Part shown: piece after piece, positions 13,969-29,917 of the stretch
Numbering within the stretch: the stretch's first letter is position 1
How the letters are laid out: every line of letters begins with the position of its first letter
Source: Anthoceros angustus
Lineage: Eukaryota; Plantae; Anthocerotophyta
Assembly: GCA_010909165.1 (NCBI GenBank)
Contig: MU008176.1
Location: 1,126,783-1,190,782, forward strand
Reading direction: 5' to 3'
Length of the DNA: 64,000 nucleotides
The notes under the pieces: generated by a model
The model's input: the letters and a program-made list of their open reading frames with translations, nothing else
Database searches by the model: none
Told to the model about the DNA's origin: nothing
Position numbers and translations under genes: made by a program

Positions 13969-16740
13969 ATGAAAATCCGAGCCATGGCTATGGCGCGGGC
14001 CTGTGTGGCCCAGCCTCTGCTGAGTCTCACGGTTTCTTCGAGTCGCACCGGGTAATGAGTGGTAGCATGCCTTTCGAGTGTCGTGCTTGCTTTCGCTAGG
14101 TGCAGATTGTGAGCTTCAACTCCTGCGCTCAATCTCCGCGTCAACTCTGGTGTGCAGGTGCCGTGGGAGGCTGCCCGTGTTACATTTGCATTGTTCGAGA
14201 GGGCCTTCCCATGCAAATTTTGCTCTCTAGCAGATTCTGGCCGCCTTCCGCAGCGAAATGTTTTACAAGGAAATGAAAGGAAGGTCAGCACTTTTGCAGC
14301 TCCAGAGGCTCTTGTGTCCCCACCAACAATCGATGCCACGGAGAGCTCTTCTTCTGTGAAGTGAGTCAAGTGGCTGTTGTTCACGAGCTGGGCTTCAGAC
14401 TTTCTAGCACTCATCATGAAGTTCAAACATGGTCCATGGATCAGGAAAGAGTGGTTTCTGGAGTGCAGCCTACAGGAAGCATTCATCTGGGCAATTACCT
14501 TGGCGCCATCAAGAACTGGGTCTCGCTACAGGTTGTCCAGCAGAGTCAGCTTCATTCGCTGTTGTGAATTATTCAAACAGATCCGCGTGTTGATATCAAA
14601 AGTGGAGTGGGATTATGGTTTGCACTGAATCCTGAAGAAAACATAGGAATCACATCCGAATAACGTTACGGGTTGCCTTGCAGGATGTCTACGACACGCT
14701 TTTCTTTGTGGTGGATTTGCACGCAGTACGTTTCTTATGCTACGTGCTGTTTGGAAACCCTGCTCAAGCATGAAGTCTGCTTATCTACCCCCGTCTTTTC
14801 TTTGAAAAAGCTTCCACTTTCCATGGGACTGTGCAGATAACTTTGCCTCATGAACCACAAGAGCTGTCAAAGGCAACAAGGAAATCCGCTGCTCTGTACA
14901 TCGCCTGTGGTGTGGATCCTGCAAAGGTGATCTTGTTTTGTCTGCTGCAACTGTTTTCCTGCCATGCATTCTGATGCTGCAGAGTTTCTTACAGTTCACA
15001 AAGCATATCGCTCACAGGCCTCAATTTTCATACAATCCCATGTCCCGGCGCATACAGAGCTGACATGGTTGTTGAGCTGCATTACGCCGATCAGCTGGTT
15101 GAACAAGATGATACAATTCAAAGAAAAATCTCGCAAGTCGGTAGGTCCTTGATCTTAATCTTGTCACGTTATAGACAGCAAGTGTTTTGAGTTTTTGGTA
15201 GTGCAAATGTCCTCGTATATGCCTGCCAATCCGGATTAATGGGTGCTGGCAAGTGTCAGCCTGATGGTCAGTTCTGTTGGCCAACTGCAGGGAGAGGATG
15301 TAGGGACTGGACTGCTAACTTATCCTCTGTTAATGGCATCAGATATCCTTCTGTACCAGGTGATCCCCTCAGATCAAACATTTTGTTCTCACGTCGAGGT
15401 TTTCTGTGCACCCTTGTGTGGTCACAAATGGTGTGGTTGTTGGGCAGTGTGATCTGGTGCCAGTTGGGGAAGATCAACGACAGCACCTTGAGCTAACTCG
15501 AGATATAGCAGACCGTGTCAACCACTTATATGGTGGCAAGAAATGGAAGAAGCTTGGAGGGTGAGTGACTGTCTTGTCCCCACTGCGAGTATGGTCCTCA
15601 ACAAGAAACGTGTCATCGCTTAACCACAAGTGTCCGTATATTTGGTTTGCTTACAGGAGGGGTGGCAGGATTTTTAAGGTAATAAGAAAACATTTCCATC
15701 ACGTTTAAGTACAGAATGCAAGTGTGGTGCCAGCATGATTGCAAGGACCCTGGGTATCCATTAGGTTCCAGAAGCATTCATCCCACCAGCTGGAGCACGT
15801 ATAATGTCGCTAACAGATGGACTATCGAAGGTAATAATCCCTACACTTTTGTCAGATGCACATGCATGACATTCGAGATTCTCTTGTTCTCATCGAAGGC
15901 TGTTGTTTGTTTGGCCACAGATGTCCAAATCCGCACCGTCTGACCAATCACGCATAAATCTCCTCGACACACATGATGTACTCTGTCCATCCATACAAGA
16001 TGTTGAAGGACTGACCTCTTGATGACTTGGCTGATTGGCACTGGACTTTTGCAGGAAATCACAAATAAGATAAAAAGATGCAAGACAGATTCCTATGTTG
16101 GGTAAGATCCAAGCTCTAGCCTTTGGGCCTTGAGGAAATGGGGTCTGTGGGGGAGCAGCCTTTGCTAAATTCATGCTGCGTAGTTCGACAAAGAAAACTC
16201 ATGCTGCATCTCTCAAATATGTGCAGGATGGAATTTGACAACCCAGAGAGGCCAGAGTGCACCAACCTCTTATCAATCTACCAGCTGTTGTCAGGCAAAA
16301 CCAAGGAGGTATAGCCAAATTCAATCGATGCATATTCGCATGCTTGATGAGGCACCCCTATGATCTCCTCACACCCCTGCAGGAAGTAGCATCTGAGTGC
16401 GGAGCCATGAATTGGGGCCAATTCAAGCCTGTCCTGGTGGATGCTGTCATTGCCCACCTGGACCCTATCCAGGTACTTTCTTACCCACCCGAAGCGTAAG
16501 CCAATTCCTAGGCTGGTATACCAACAGGATGCTGAATTGCGGCGTGGCATGCAGAAATCTTACGCGGAGGTTGTAAACGACCCGTCTTACCTGGACTCCA
16601 TCCTTGCCCAAGGGGCGGAACAAGCAGATAGTATCGCAAGGATCACTTTGGACAACGTTTACAACGCCCTGGGTTTCATCAGGCCTCAGAGACTGGTCAC
16701 CTCTGCAACGGAGCTGAAAACTCTGTCCAGGGCTGCTTAA
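13969..16740 (+). CDS. Tryptophan--tRNA ligase, chloroplast/mitochondrial type (Arabidopsis OVA4-like), about 14 exons, probably intact
   Basis: GT-AG exons encode [24 protein letters not shown] (HIGH-type motif), [75 protein letters not shown]|MSKS (KMSKS split by an intron) and [17 protein letters not shown], ending ...LSRAA*. The N-terminus looks like a transit peptide. Two 1-nt homopolymer shortfalls (~14166, ~14447) are in frame in copy 2 and are likely sequencing errors. Confidence 0.88.
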
Positions 16741-17324
16741 CCTGTCCCAAAAAAGAGGGGAAGGCAGGAGTAAGCCCCATTCCGTTAGCAAGAAGATTCT
16801 TGTGCTAGGCGCATGACTGTGCTATATAGTTAGCTACCTCCAGGGAGGGTCTACCCTTACGGGCTGGCAATATCTGCGACTTTCTTCGATGTGGTCGGGG
16901 CGCCTCTCTGCCTTCAAATGGACACATTTATAAGAACGCCACTATTAAGCATCCCGATTGAAGATGGGTACTGTTAGAGGCGAGGGGCTGTCTAGACTAA
17001 GGGTGGGTTCGCATGAACCCGAACCCCGAGGGCCTAATCTGAGCCGGAGTTGCGGCGTCCGCGTTCGCATGTGCCCCGAACTACAACCCGGATTTCCTTA
17101 CTTTTACCTACTGTAACCGGTTGAGATACCGGTTGTTTCGGTTTGTCCGTTGAAGCTCCACGGACCCTACCTACTTTAAGTAACTCCACAAACCGCACGG
17201 GGCGCATTTGGGCTTTTGCAAGGACAGGGTTCAAGTTCTGTTGGGAGCAGCGCTTGGGAGTTCAAGTTCTGTAGGGGAGCAGCGCTTTGTGGATGGTGCC
17301 AAGAACTTGAGCTGGTTTGGTTTC

Positions 17325-18834
<1,510 letters not shown>

Positions 18835-18943
18835 GACTACATTACAAACATACAAAGAAGACTACAGCCAGAATGTGTATGGACAAGAGCACTTAATAAA
18901 GCTTCCAAATCATGAAGAAAGAAGAGCGAAGCCACACATCCAC

Positions 18944-19598
18944 TTATTTTGTAATGCCATTTTTAATTTGGGCAGCTTCTATTAGAGAAGCTCCTAAATT
19001 CCGAATACTGCCTGAAAGCTCTGTGATTGCTAACAACATGCCCCTGCCAATCTCAGAACTGCAGTCTATCTTTTTTTGTAGCAACATGCGTTGCTATCTT
19101 CTCTCGCTCTAGTTCTAAGATTTGTTGATGCCTACCCTGTTTGGACTCCTCGTTAGCTCTTAGTAAATCCATCTAATCTGCATGGTTCTTCTCAAATAAA
19201 GGTACAAGGCCGCTTACTCCATTCTGTGCTTTTAGTTTCCTCCATTTGCCACTCCCAGATTCACTGTTTGCTTGCATGGGGGTGCCTTCCTCTCCGTCAG
19301 TTTCCATGCCAGTGGTACTGTTAGCATCTGCTTGCCTTGTTTTGCTGCTGCTATCCACAGTTCCGTGGCTATTCACTGCTTTGTTGCAGCTGAAGATGTA
19401 CATAGCATCATATAGTGTTCTACTCATATCTTTGGGGAGTTTTTGTGCCTCTCGCTCCCCCTTCTCCATAGCCCAATAGCTTGACCTTCCCGAATGACTG
19501 CCAGGCCTCTCCCAGTCTTGCACCTTGTTGAAGTCTATCATCAAAGCTTCCCAGCGGTCCTTACACTGTTTGTTAATCTTGAAGATCCCTAAAGCTGC
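18944..19598 (-). pseudogene. Harbinger Myb/SANT (trihelix-like) DNA-binding protein, 5'-truncated
   Basis: KQCKDRWEALMIDFNKVQDWE...SYWAM...R....LP..M...LYDAM is a trihelix-type motif. A coiled-coil-like tail continues past a stop at 19173 to ~18944. The N-terminus is cut at 19599 by an LTR-like TGTGGAACGCCAAATTTTG. Confidence 0.8.
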
Positions 19599-19962
19599 TG
19601 TGGAACGCCAAATTTTGGGTCCACGGTTAGAAGAGGGGCGGATGCCTCCTAGTTTTGTTCATGTTAGTTAGGTTTCATTTTCTTTTTCTTTTCTCATCAA
19701 CGGATCAGCAGCGGAAGGCAATGACAAAGAGTGGCGGTGGAAGCGGGCGGGGATTGCGTCCCCGACTCGGCAGACGAGAATGGAGGAAAAACGGACCTAA
19801 AAACGGGTCCAATGGCTAGAAAGGACGGAGGTCCGGACGGGAGGTCTGGACAGGAGGTCTGGACAGGAGGGTTGGAAGAACTTACGCGTGAGAGGTAGGT
19901 TTGCGGAAGGCCGAACCTGCAGACAGGAGGGTTGGTGCCGGGCCTAGTGGCGGCGGCGCCAG
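19599..19962. mobile_element. Probable Gypsy LTR terminus or fragment; continues at 31155 after the Copia insertion
   Basis: Starts TGTGGAACGCCAAATTTTGG exactly where the Myb frame is cut. Contains short direct repeats (ggaggtctggac). Confidence 0.4.
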
Positions 19963-22184
19963 TAATGATATACAATGTTGATATCATAGTTAGGGTTTAG
20001 GGGTTTAAGTTATCCATATATCACCAAGATATGATAAGCTAGGGTTTACTAGATATGGTGTCGTTTCATTAGGGGTTACGTCTCTAAGTGAATAGATACA
20101 ACGTTTCATTTTAGTTTCCTCCATTTGCCACTCCATTCCTTTGTTTGCTTGCATGGGGTGCCTTCCTCCGGTTTCCATGCTGCTGGTGCTAGATCCGCTT
20201 GTTTGCTTTCACGCCATTCAGTTACCTGGCTATTCAACCGCTGTTGCACCAAGATGTTATGTGCATCATATAGTGTTCTACTCATCTTGGGAGTTTTGTG
20301 CCTCGCTCCCCCCTTCTCCATAGCCCAATAGCTTGACCTTCGAATGAGCGCAGGCCTCTCGCCTTGCACCTTGTTGAAGTCTATCATCAAAGCTTCCATG
20401 CCTTAATCGTTGTTAATCTTGAAGATCCTAAAGGCTGTGGAACGCCAAATTTTGGGTCCACGGTTAGAAGAGGCGGATGCCTCTAGTTTTATTCATGTTA
20501 GTTAGGTTTCATTTTCTTTTTCTTTTCTCATCAACGGATCAGCAGCGGAAGACAAAGTGGCAAAGAGTGGCCGCGAGAAGCCAGTGATTTTATAAACACC
20601 TGGATGAGAATGGAGGAAAAGCGGACCTAAGCGGGTCCAATGGCTAGAAAGGACGGAGGTCCTGGGACGGAGGTCCTGGGGAGGAGTGGCGCAGGAGGTT
20701 GGAAGAACTTACGTGAGAGGTAGGTTGGAAGGCCGAACCTGCAGACAGGAGGTTGGTGCGGGCCTAGTGGCGGCGCGATGATATACAATGTTGATATCAT
20801 AGTTAGGGTTTAGGGGTTTAAGTTATCCATATCACCAAGATATGATAAGCTAGGGTTTACTAGATATGGTGTCGTTTCATTAGGGGTTACGTCTCTAAGT
20901 GAATAGATACAACGTTTCATTAAGTTTAGTTTTAGTTGTCTTTTCATGCATAAGCAACTTACTTCTTTCTTGATCCAACAATGTAATTATTCTATAATGT
21001 TTAATTGATCTACATTAGTCCATAAAATCTTCATGGTATCGAGCTACCTAGTGTAGGTTGCATTCAAATGAATGCACATTGAAATTGTGCATCGAAAATA
21101 TGCACAATGTTCTTTGATTGTTTTCTTGTTTTATAAATAAGTTAAAATCAAGAAACATAAGATAGAAAAAGAATGGGTGCATTCTTGTTTTTATTCTATT
21201 TTTATTTTGATGAATTCATATAGATTACGCAAGATCGAGCAGATAGTCTAGCGCACTTCCAGTTGAGTTGCTACTTGAGCAATTCAATGGAGGCACACTA
21301 AACATGCGGTGGGCAGTATATATGTAAAAATCATATAAAGAAAACAGAAAATGCAGAATTGCATTGTATATACAATCGTGGCACATAGCCATGGAAAATT
21401 ACATCTACCAAAATCCCGGTGAATCCTAGGAGGAACAATCAAAATCCAAGGCGGGATCGAAATGCGAGAGACAAACCGCACATCAATTACATGGGCGCAT
21501 CCTACGTGGAGCAACTTGCCCGGAAATCAAGCACAAGGAGACACATTGCGAGGCCTTCAACACACTTCTCAATTGCTGTTCCCAGCGAGCTTGACTTGAC
21601 ATTCACAATGATAATAGTGCAACATCGACCACTTCGAGAACATACACCAACGCGGCTTCCTCTGGCAGGCGTTGTACAATCAGAGGTGTAAACACAATTG
21701 TTCAGCGTCTTGAGGCTTAATAGGAATGTTGAAAGCAGATGTCTGATTTGGTCATGTCGCTTGGCTAGCATTGATCTGCGATTTGAAAGAGCGCTAACAC
21801 ACTTAGATTACAAGCTTGTAATGTTCGAAACCGAGTTGTTGGCCAACCCAGCATTCAGAGGCACAACATGCAAGCACGTAAGTAAAACTAAGCATGAAAG
21901 GAAGTTTGATACACCTAACTCTTGCCCTTCATGCTCCACTTACGCATTCAATAAGTTTGAGATGAGAAACTCTAAGATAGTCGCACGCATAGCGCTTTGG
22001 GAACAAACCATACCATACGCAGAGCTGAGCAACCACAAAACCAACACGCATTGTAAGTAGAATGTATGGATGGTGAGAATAGTGGCTCTGTGCCATGATA
22101 GTGTTCATGCTAGTGACCGAAGAAGACACATTAGAAAGCTTCTTCAATCAGAGGACAAACTCTTAGGAGTTCAGCAACCCAAAA

Positions 22185-25100
22185 TGGGTGACACATCCTC
22201 TACACATAATTTTGGGCAGTGAGTCCTTCAAGGAGAAGGGAGTTCATGAAATGACTTTGACATCGGCTTATAAGAATGGAGGCGTTCTCGAAATGAGAGG
22301 CCTCCTCAAACATGCTCTTGGAAAAGTAGTGAAACCAGACGAGGATCTTGGAGAGGAAGAATGGTTAGCTAAGGACGGAGCCAAATACCTCATCTGCGAT
22401 GGCGACAACCGAGATGTTGAGGCGAGGCATGAGGTGAATACTTGGCCGAAATCATGAATCGCCTAAAGGAACTCTGAGCGAGAACATGGTAAGCGCAATG
22501 ACTCTAAGGAATTTTGAACCTAAGGATGAAGGACGGTGACTCGGTGGAGAAACACGTGAGTACCTTGAGGACCCTAGCCTCACGGCTTGGTGCCTCCAAA
22601 GTTGCCATTGGAGATGATGAGATGGTGATGAGGCTCCTTCTTTCGCTTCAGTCATGGTCACATTTCGTGACTTCTCATCTGCTCAAACACAAGCTACGTT
22701 GTTAGCTAAAAGCAAGGCATAGAGATGCGAAATGAGCTTCTCACATCGTGAGTTCCATCTTTGCAAGAAGAAGCCAGGACCAACCATAAGCGAGAAACAG
22801 GCCTGTACACCTCACAACAAGGACGAGGAGGGAAGAAGCCCTTCTCCAAAGGAGGTGGTGGAAACTCTTCCAGGGGAGGTAGCTCTGGCGGATCCTCACC
22901 CGGGAAGAAAACAAAGAAGCCAGGAACCTGCAACTGGTGCAAGCTGCCTGGCCATTGGGAAAAAGAGTGCCGCAAAAAGCAGGCTGGAGTTCCTCGCAAG
23001 GAGGGAACCAGCGCTGAATCAAATGTTGTGGTAAAAAAGGTTAATACCCCATCAGCTCTTACAGTTGGGACTAGGGAGTTTGCTAGTCCATTGCTGCTTC
23101 CCACTTGTCTTTCCTCCAAAGTGAATCTGAAACCAACATCAGAATGGTTCTTAGAATCTGGTGCTCGCACATATCGCTTTGATAGGAATGAATTTAAAAC
23201 ATACGGTCGATCAATATGTTTACCTTGGGGACGATAGGTCTCTAGTCTCACCGGTAGCTTGAGTTAATAGTTCCTACTGGAAACACACTCAAGTTAGAAG
23301 ATGTCTACTATGTGCCCGAGATGACTAGAAACCTGATCTCTGTTAGAAGATTGAATGCCGACAATAACAGTCATGTCGTATTCACAAGAACAGACTGCAG
23401 AATCATAGATGCATTTGACCCTAGAAAGGTACTTGCGCATGGGTCTTCGGACCATGATCTGTTCCGTCTCCATTTGCACAGTGGAGTAGCAGAGTCCCAC
23501 CTGACACAAGACGTCTCCCTTGCATCACGCACAAACGGCAAAGGCTCGGTGTGGCATGCACGCCTAGGTCATCCTCACATGGCAAAGCTACAAAATTGGC
23601 TAGTGACCGTGAAGAAGACACATTAGAAAGCTTCTTCAATCAGAGGACAAACTCTTAGGAGTTCAGCAACCCAAAATGGGTGACACATCCTCTACACATA
23701 ATTTTGAAGTGAGTCCTTCAAGGAGAAGGACAGTTCAATGAAATGACTTTGACATCCGGCTTATAAGAATGGAGGCGTTCGAAATGAGAGGCCTCCTCAA
23801 ACATGCTCTTGGAAAAGTAGTGAAACAGACGAGGATCTTGGAGAGGAAGAATGGTAAGGACGGAGCCAAATACCTCATACGCAGTGGCACGACAACCGAG
23901 ATGTTGAGGCATGAGGTGAATACTTGGCCGAAATCATGAATCGCCTAAAGGAACTCTACGCAGGCGGAACATGGTAAGCGCAATGCCTAAGGAATTTTCG
24001 AACCTAAGGATGAAGGACTCGGGAGAAACACGTGAGTACCTTCAGGACCCTAGCCTCACGGCTGTGGTGCCTCAAAGTTGCCATTGGAGATGATGAGATG
24101 GTGATGAGGCTCCTTCTTTCGCTTCAGTCATGGTCACATTTCGTGACTTCTCATACAACGCCAAACACAAGCTACGTTGTTAGCTAAAAGCAAGGCATAG
24201 AGATGCACGAAATGAGCTTCTCACACTCGTGAGTTCCATGCGCAAGAAGCCAGCAGGACCAACCATAAGAAAGGTGGAAACAGCCTGTACACCTCACAAC
24301 AAGGACGGAGGAAGAAGCCCTTCTCCAAAGGAGGTGGTGGAAACTCTTCGGGGAGGTAGCTCGGATCCTCACCCGGAAGAAAACAAAGAAGCCGTGAACC
24401 CGCAACTGCAAGCTCGCCATTGGGAAAAGAGTGCCGCAAAAGCGGAGTTCCTCGCAAGGAGGGAACCACTCAATCAAATGTTGTGGTAAAAGGTTAATAC
24501 CCCATCGCCTCTATTGGGACTAGGAGTTTGCTAGTCCATTGTCGCTTCCCACTTGTCTTTCCTCCAAAGTGAATCAAACCAACAGAATGGTTCTTAGATC
24601 TGGTGCTCGCACATATCTCGCTTTGATAGGAATGAAAACATATGATCGGCCGATCAATATGTTTACCTTAGGGACGATAGGTCTCTAGTCTCACCCGGTC
24701 GGCAGTTGAGTTAATAGTTCCCACCGGAAACAAGTTAGAAGATGTCTACCATGTGCCCGAGATGACTAGAAACACGATCTCAAGAAGATTGAATGCCGAT
24801 ACAGCCATGTCGTGTTCACAAGAATGTTGCGTAATCATAGATGCATTTGACCCTAGAAAGGTACTTGCGCATGGGTCTTGGACCATGATCCGCTCCGTCT
24901 CCATTTGCAGTGGAGTAGCAGAGTCCCACCGACACAAGACGCCTCCCTTGCATCCGCACAACAAACAAAGAAGGCTCGGTTGTGGCATGCACGCCTAGGT
25001 CATCCTCACATGGCAAAGCTACAAAATTGCATGGAGTGACTGTATCAAGATGGACCTATTGGCCCTTGACTCCTATACCCTTATGTGAGGCTTGTGTATT

Positions 25101-28100
25101 GTCGAAGAAACACCAAGCTGCCTTCAAGAACAAAGCACCTCACCGTGCTTCTGATGTACTTGAGCTTGTACATCGATTTGTGTGGACCCTTATCTCAAGC
25201 GTCCATTGGTGGTGGGCGTTATTTCTTAACGTTTACAGATGACAAAAGCAGATTTGTCACCACCTACATCCTGAAGAACAAGAGCGAATGTTTCTCCTAT
25301 TTCAAGGAATACATCAAGTTCGCTGAACGTTGGACAGGAAAGCAGCTCAAGACACTAAGATCAGACAATGGCGGGGAATTCACCTCTAATGAATTCCAGC
25401 GATTAGAAGATTGAATGAGCAATACTTGTCATGTCGTGTTCACAAGAGCAGTTGCGAATCATAGATGCATTTGACCCTAGAAAGGTACTTGCGCATGGGT
25501 CTTGGACCATGATCTGTTCCGTCTCCATTTGCACGATGGAGTAGCGAGTCCCACGACACAAGACGTCTCCCTTGCATCACAACAAAAGGCTCGGTTGTGG
25601 CATGCACTAGGTCATCCTCACATGGCAAAGCTACAAAATTGGCTATGAGACTGTATCAAGATGGACCTATTGGCCCTTGACTCCTATACCCTTATGTGAG
25701 GCTTGTGTTTTGTCGAAGAAACACCGCCTTCAAGAACAAAGCACCTCACTGCCCGTGTACTTGAGCTTGTACATCTTGATTTGTGTGGACCCTTATCTCA
25801 AGCGTCCATTGGTGGTGGGCGTTATTTCTTAACGTTCTGAGATGACAAAAGCGGATTTGTCACCACCTACATCCTGAAGAACAAAATGAATGTTTCTCCT
25901 ATTTCAAGGAATACATCAAGTTCATTTGAGCGTTGGGCGGAAAGCGGCTCAAGACACTAAGATCGAGACAATGGCGAATTCACCTCTAATGAATTCCAGC
26001 GATTCTGTAAAGATGAAGGCATTGGGCGTCAACTCACGGTGGTATACACTCCCAGAATGGAGTGGCGAGGCGTTTGAATCTCACCGCAGGAGATGGTCTC
26101 CTCATTCTTTGCATGATGCTCAAGCGCCTTACCTTCGGGCGAGGCTTTGATGACCTCAACCTTTCTTCGGAACAGGTTACCCACCACAGCAGTCGAAGGC
26201 AAAACTCCTTATGAAGCTTTCACAGGCAGAAAGCCATCCATCCAGCACTTGAGGACGTTTGGCTGCCTTGCATATGCCTTCATACCTGGACAGAAGCGAA
26301 CCAAGCTTTCAGCTAAGGCCCGCAGGCTGCTCATGTTGGGATACACGGAAGGGATAAAAGCATATAAACTATATGATGTTCCTTCTAACAAGGTCATTTA
26401 TGCTCGAGTGTTACCTTCGATGAAACAAAGACTTGGGCTTCGGTGGGAGCACATGTTCATGCTCCCGAATGACGAGGATAGTCTTGAGCTTTCTCATTAT
26501 GATCGCGGATCATGGTACTCGAGCTCTGTTGATGAAAATGTTCTGCAGGAGGGAAAATCGGCGGTGTTTGAAGAAGAACGAACGAAATTCCACTTGACAT
26601 ACCAGCGCCAGTGTGATCACATTCCTCAACGGATCAAGCACTTGCGATGCAACGGTGACGATGAAGCGATCGAGTCAGGGCGAGGAAGATTATGTTTGAA
26701 CGAACTTGAACAAGAACTGAGCGAGCTTGCTCGGCGTTACCCTACTAAGAACGTCGACCTCCGATTATTATCGTGCCCCGATTATCGTATTTCCTCTTCA
26801 CATGTGAAAGCATATCGCTACTAACCTCGACCTAGAACCACGGTCTTATGCGAGGCTTTGAGCGGACACGATCACAAGGAGTGGGAGAAAGCTATAAAAT
26901 CGAATATGACTCATTGATTGAGAACGGCACATGGGAGTTGTCAAAATTACCTCTGGCGAAAAATGGTGTCTTGTAAGTGGGTCTTCAAATTGAAAGTCAA
27001 GGCTGATGGTACCTTGATAGGTACAAGGCAAGACTAGTGGCTCGTGGATTTTCACAAGTTCCGGTGTGGACTATTTGGAGACATTCGCTCCGGTTGTGAA
27101 GCGCCAACCATACGAGCATTATGTGCAATATCGCCTACAAGGACTATGAAGCGCAAATGTTTGATGTCAAACAGATTCTTGAATGGCAAGCTTGACATGA
27201 AATATATGCATGACCTCAACCTTTCTTGAGCAGTTACCCACCACACAGATGAAGGCAAAACTCCTTATGAAGCTTTCACAGTGACCATCCATCCAAAGAC
27301 TTGAGGACGTTTGGGCCTTGCATATGCCTTCATACACAGGCGAGCGAACCAAGCTTTTAGCTAAGGCCCGAGCTGCTCATGTTGGGATACGGAAGGATAA
27401 AAGCATATAAACTATATGATGTTCCTTCTAACAAGGTCATTTATGCTCAGTGTTACCTTGATGAAACAAAGACTTGGGCTTTGGGAGCACATGTTCATGC
27501 TCGATGATGGCGAGGATAGTCTTGAGCTTTCTCATTATGATCCGGCGGATCATGGTACTCGAGCTCTGATGAAAATGTTCTGCAGGAGGGAAAATCGGCG
27601 GTGTTTGAAGAAGAACGAACACGAAATTCCACTTGACATGCCGCCGGATGTAGGATCACATTCCTCAACGGATCAAGCACTTGCGATGCAACGTGATGGT
27701 CGATGAAAATGCAGCGAGGAAGAAGATTATGTTTGAACGAACTTGAACAAGAACAGGCGAGCTTGCTCGGCGTTACCCTACTCGAAACGTCGACCTCCCA
27801 TTATTATCGTGCCCCGATTATCGTATTTCCTCTTCACATGTGAAAGCATATCGCTACTAACCTAACCACAGAACCACGGTCTTATGCGAGGCTTTGAACG
27901 ATCACAAGGAGTGGAGAAAGCTATAAAATCGAATATGACTCATTGATTGAGAGCGGCACATGGAGTTGTCAAAATTACCTCTGGCGGAAAAATGGTGTCT
28001 TGTAAGTGGGTCTTCAAATTGAAAGTCAAGGCTGATGGTACCTTGATAGGTACAAGGCAAGACTAGTGGCTCGTGGATTTTCACAAGTTCAGGCGTGGAC

Positions 28101-29490
28101 TATTTGGAGACATTCGCTCCGGTTGTGAAGCGCCAACCATACTGAGCATTATGTGCAATATCGACCTACAAGGACTATGAACTGCAAATGTTCGATGTCA
28201 AAACAGCATTCTTGAATGGCAAGCTTGATGAAATATATGCACCTCCGGTTATGTAGTCAAAGGAAAGGAGGATTATGTATGTAAACTTATCAAGACTTTG
28301 CGGTTGAAGCGATGCAATGGCTTGGAGCAGAACTTGATGCTGAGCTTTTAGTATTAGGTTTCACCAAAAGCCGAGCGGATGGTAGCACTACATCTACAAG
28401 AAAGGTGACATCGTCTGTTACCTAGCGATCTATGTAGATGACTGATCTTGTCAAATACGATGCGAGTTTTATCAAAAGATTCTTGACACCTTGCAACTAA
28501 GTTTAAGATGTCCACCTTGGTGATCTTGAGTTGTCTTGGTATACATGTTCAGAGAACGCAGGTTATCACACTCTCACAACCAAGATACATACTGAAAGTG
28601 CGAGCACTAGGTTTGAAGGATGCAAAGCCGCTACACCCTACCAAGTGGAATCAAGCTAAGTTGAAATGTCCCCACAAACAGTAGAGAAGGAAAGGATGTT
28701 AGCCGTACCTTATAGGCATGTTGGAAAGCTCATATATGCAAACACTACTCGCATGGAAGTTGCCTTTGCTACTAGCGCTCTCTCACAGTTCACAGAACCC
28801 AGGCCAAAACCTTGGACAAGCATTAAAAGAGTCTTTAGATACTTGAAGGGGACACCACATCGAGGGATAAAATATTGCCACACACCTGGACAGCAACTTG
28901 AACTTGAGGTCTTCACCGATTCTGACTATGCTGGAAACGTGGACAACAGGAGATCTGTTTCTAGTTACGTTGTGAGCATAGCAGGTGGACCGATTTGCTG
29001 GATGAGCAAGAAACAGCCTACAGTTGCTCTCTCGAGCGTTGAGGCTGAATATAGAGTCCTTACAGCGGCTTGCAAAGAGATCATTTGGTGCAAACTACTC
29101 CTTAGCGAAATGGGTATACCATTACCTACATGTACGCTCATAAGGACCGACAGCCAGGGCTCCATGTCACTTGCTCAGAACCCGGTATTTCATGCAAGGA
29201 CAAAGCATATCGAGGTTGAGTATCATTTTATCAGAGACCTAATCAAGGCAGGTAAAATCAACCTCGAGTATGTGGCAACGCAAGACAATCCAGCAGACAT
29301 ATTGACTAAGGCTCTAGGAAAAGAGCTTCACGAGAAACATGTTAAAAGTCTTGGCCTTGGAGACTCCTCGGAGTTCCTTGGCAGATGCGACAAAGTAAAA
29401 TCCATGCTGCGAACTCTAACTACAGCCAAGGAAGAGTGTTCATCATCTGTAGTCATTAAAAGAGTCTCATCACGAGACACGAGAGTATGA
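22185..29490 (+). pseudogene. Copia gag-pol (GAG, CCHC knuckle, PR, INT, RT, RH), frameshifted and partly duplicated
   Basis: CNWCKLPGHWEKEC; WFLESGA; WHARLGH; DLCGP...YFLTFTDD; LRSDNGGEF; FLRNRLPT...TPYE; KWVFK.K; YKARLVARG; FTDSDYAG..DNRRSVS; SSVEAEY; RTKHIEVEYHFIRD; ADILTKAL. The order PR-INT-RT-RH is the Copia order. Confidence 0.93.
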
Positions 29491-29917
29491 GTCCCCACAG
29501 ACTCGACTCACCGCATCGCAGGCTTTGACTCTCATCTTCCTCCTCTTGGAAGGATCGGGGCTCAAGGAACGGTGGGTCTTCTCCACGCCTTCTTGCCTTG
29601 CACGAGATTGTCTTGGTGGAGGTCGACTCTTCTTCGATGCGTATGTTAGATCCTGCACAAGCAGTGGGAGCTAGGTTAGCTCTCACACACACACACAACA
29701 AAAAATGCGCACAGAATGGAATTTGGGACTTACTATACGTGCTAACAACATGGTGAGGATCGCCCGGAATCTTCAACTTTGATACGGCGCATCACGGTTT
29801 AGTCGCCACATGAACCCTATACCACATAGGGGTGCGAGGGTGCTTCATGGTGCCGTAGGAGACAATTTGGGTTTCCTTGAGCAGTCAGGCTTGGGAAAGC
29901 TTGGGTCCTCACAAGGG

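Noticed and set aside
19989-20008. Interstitial telomere or chromosome-healing site
   Set aside because: Only 2-3 units, present in every LTR copy, so they belong to the element.
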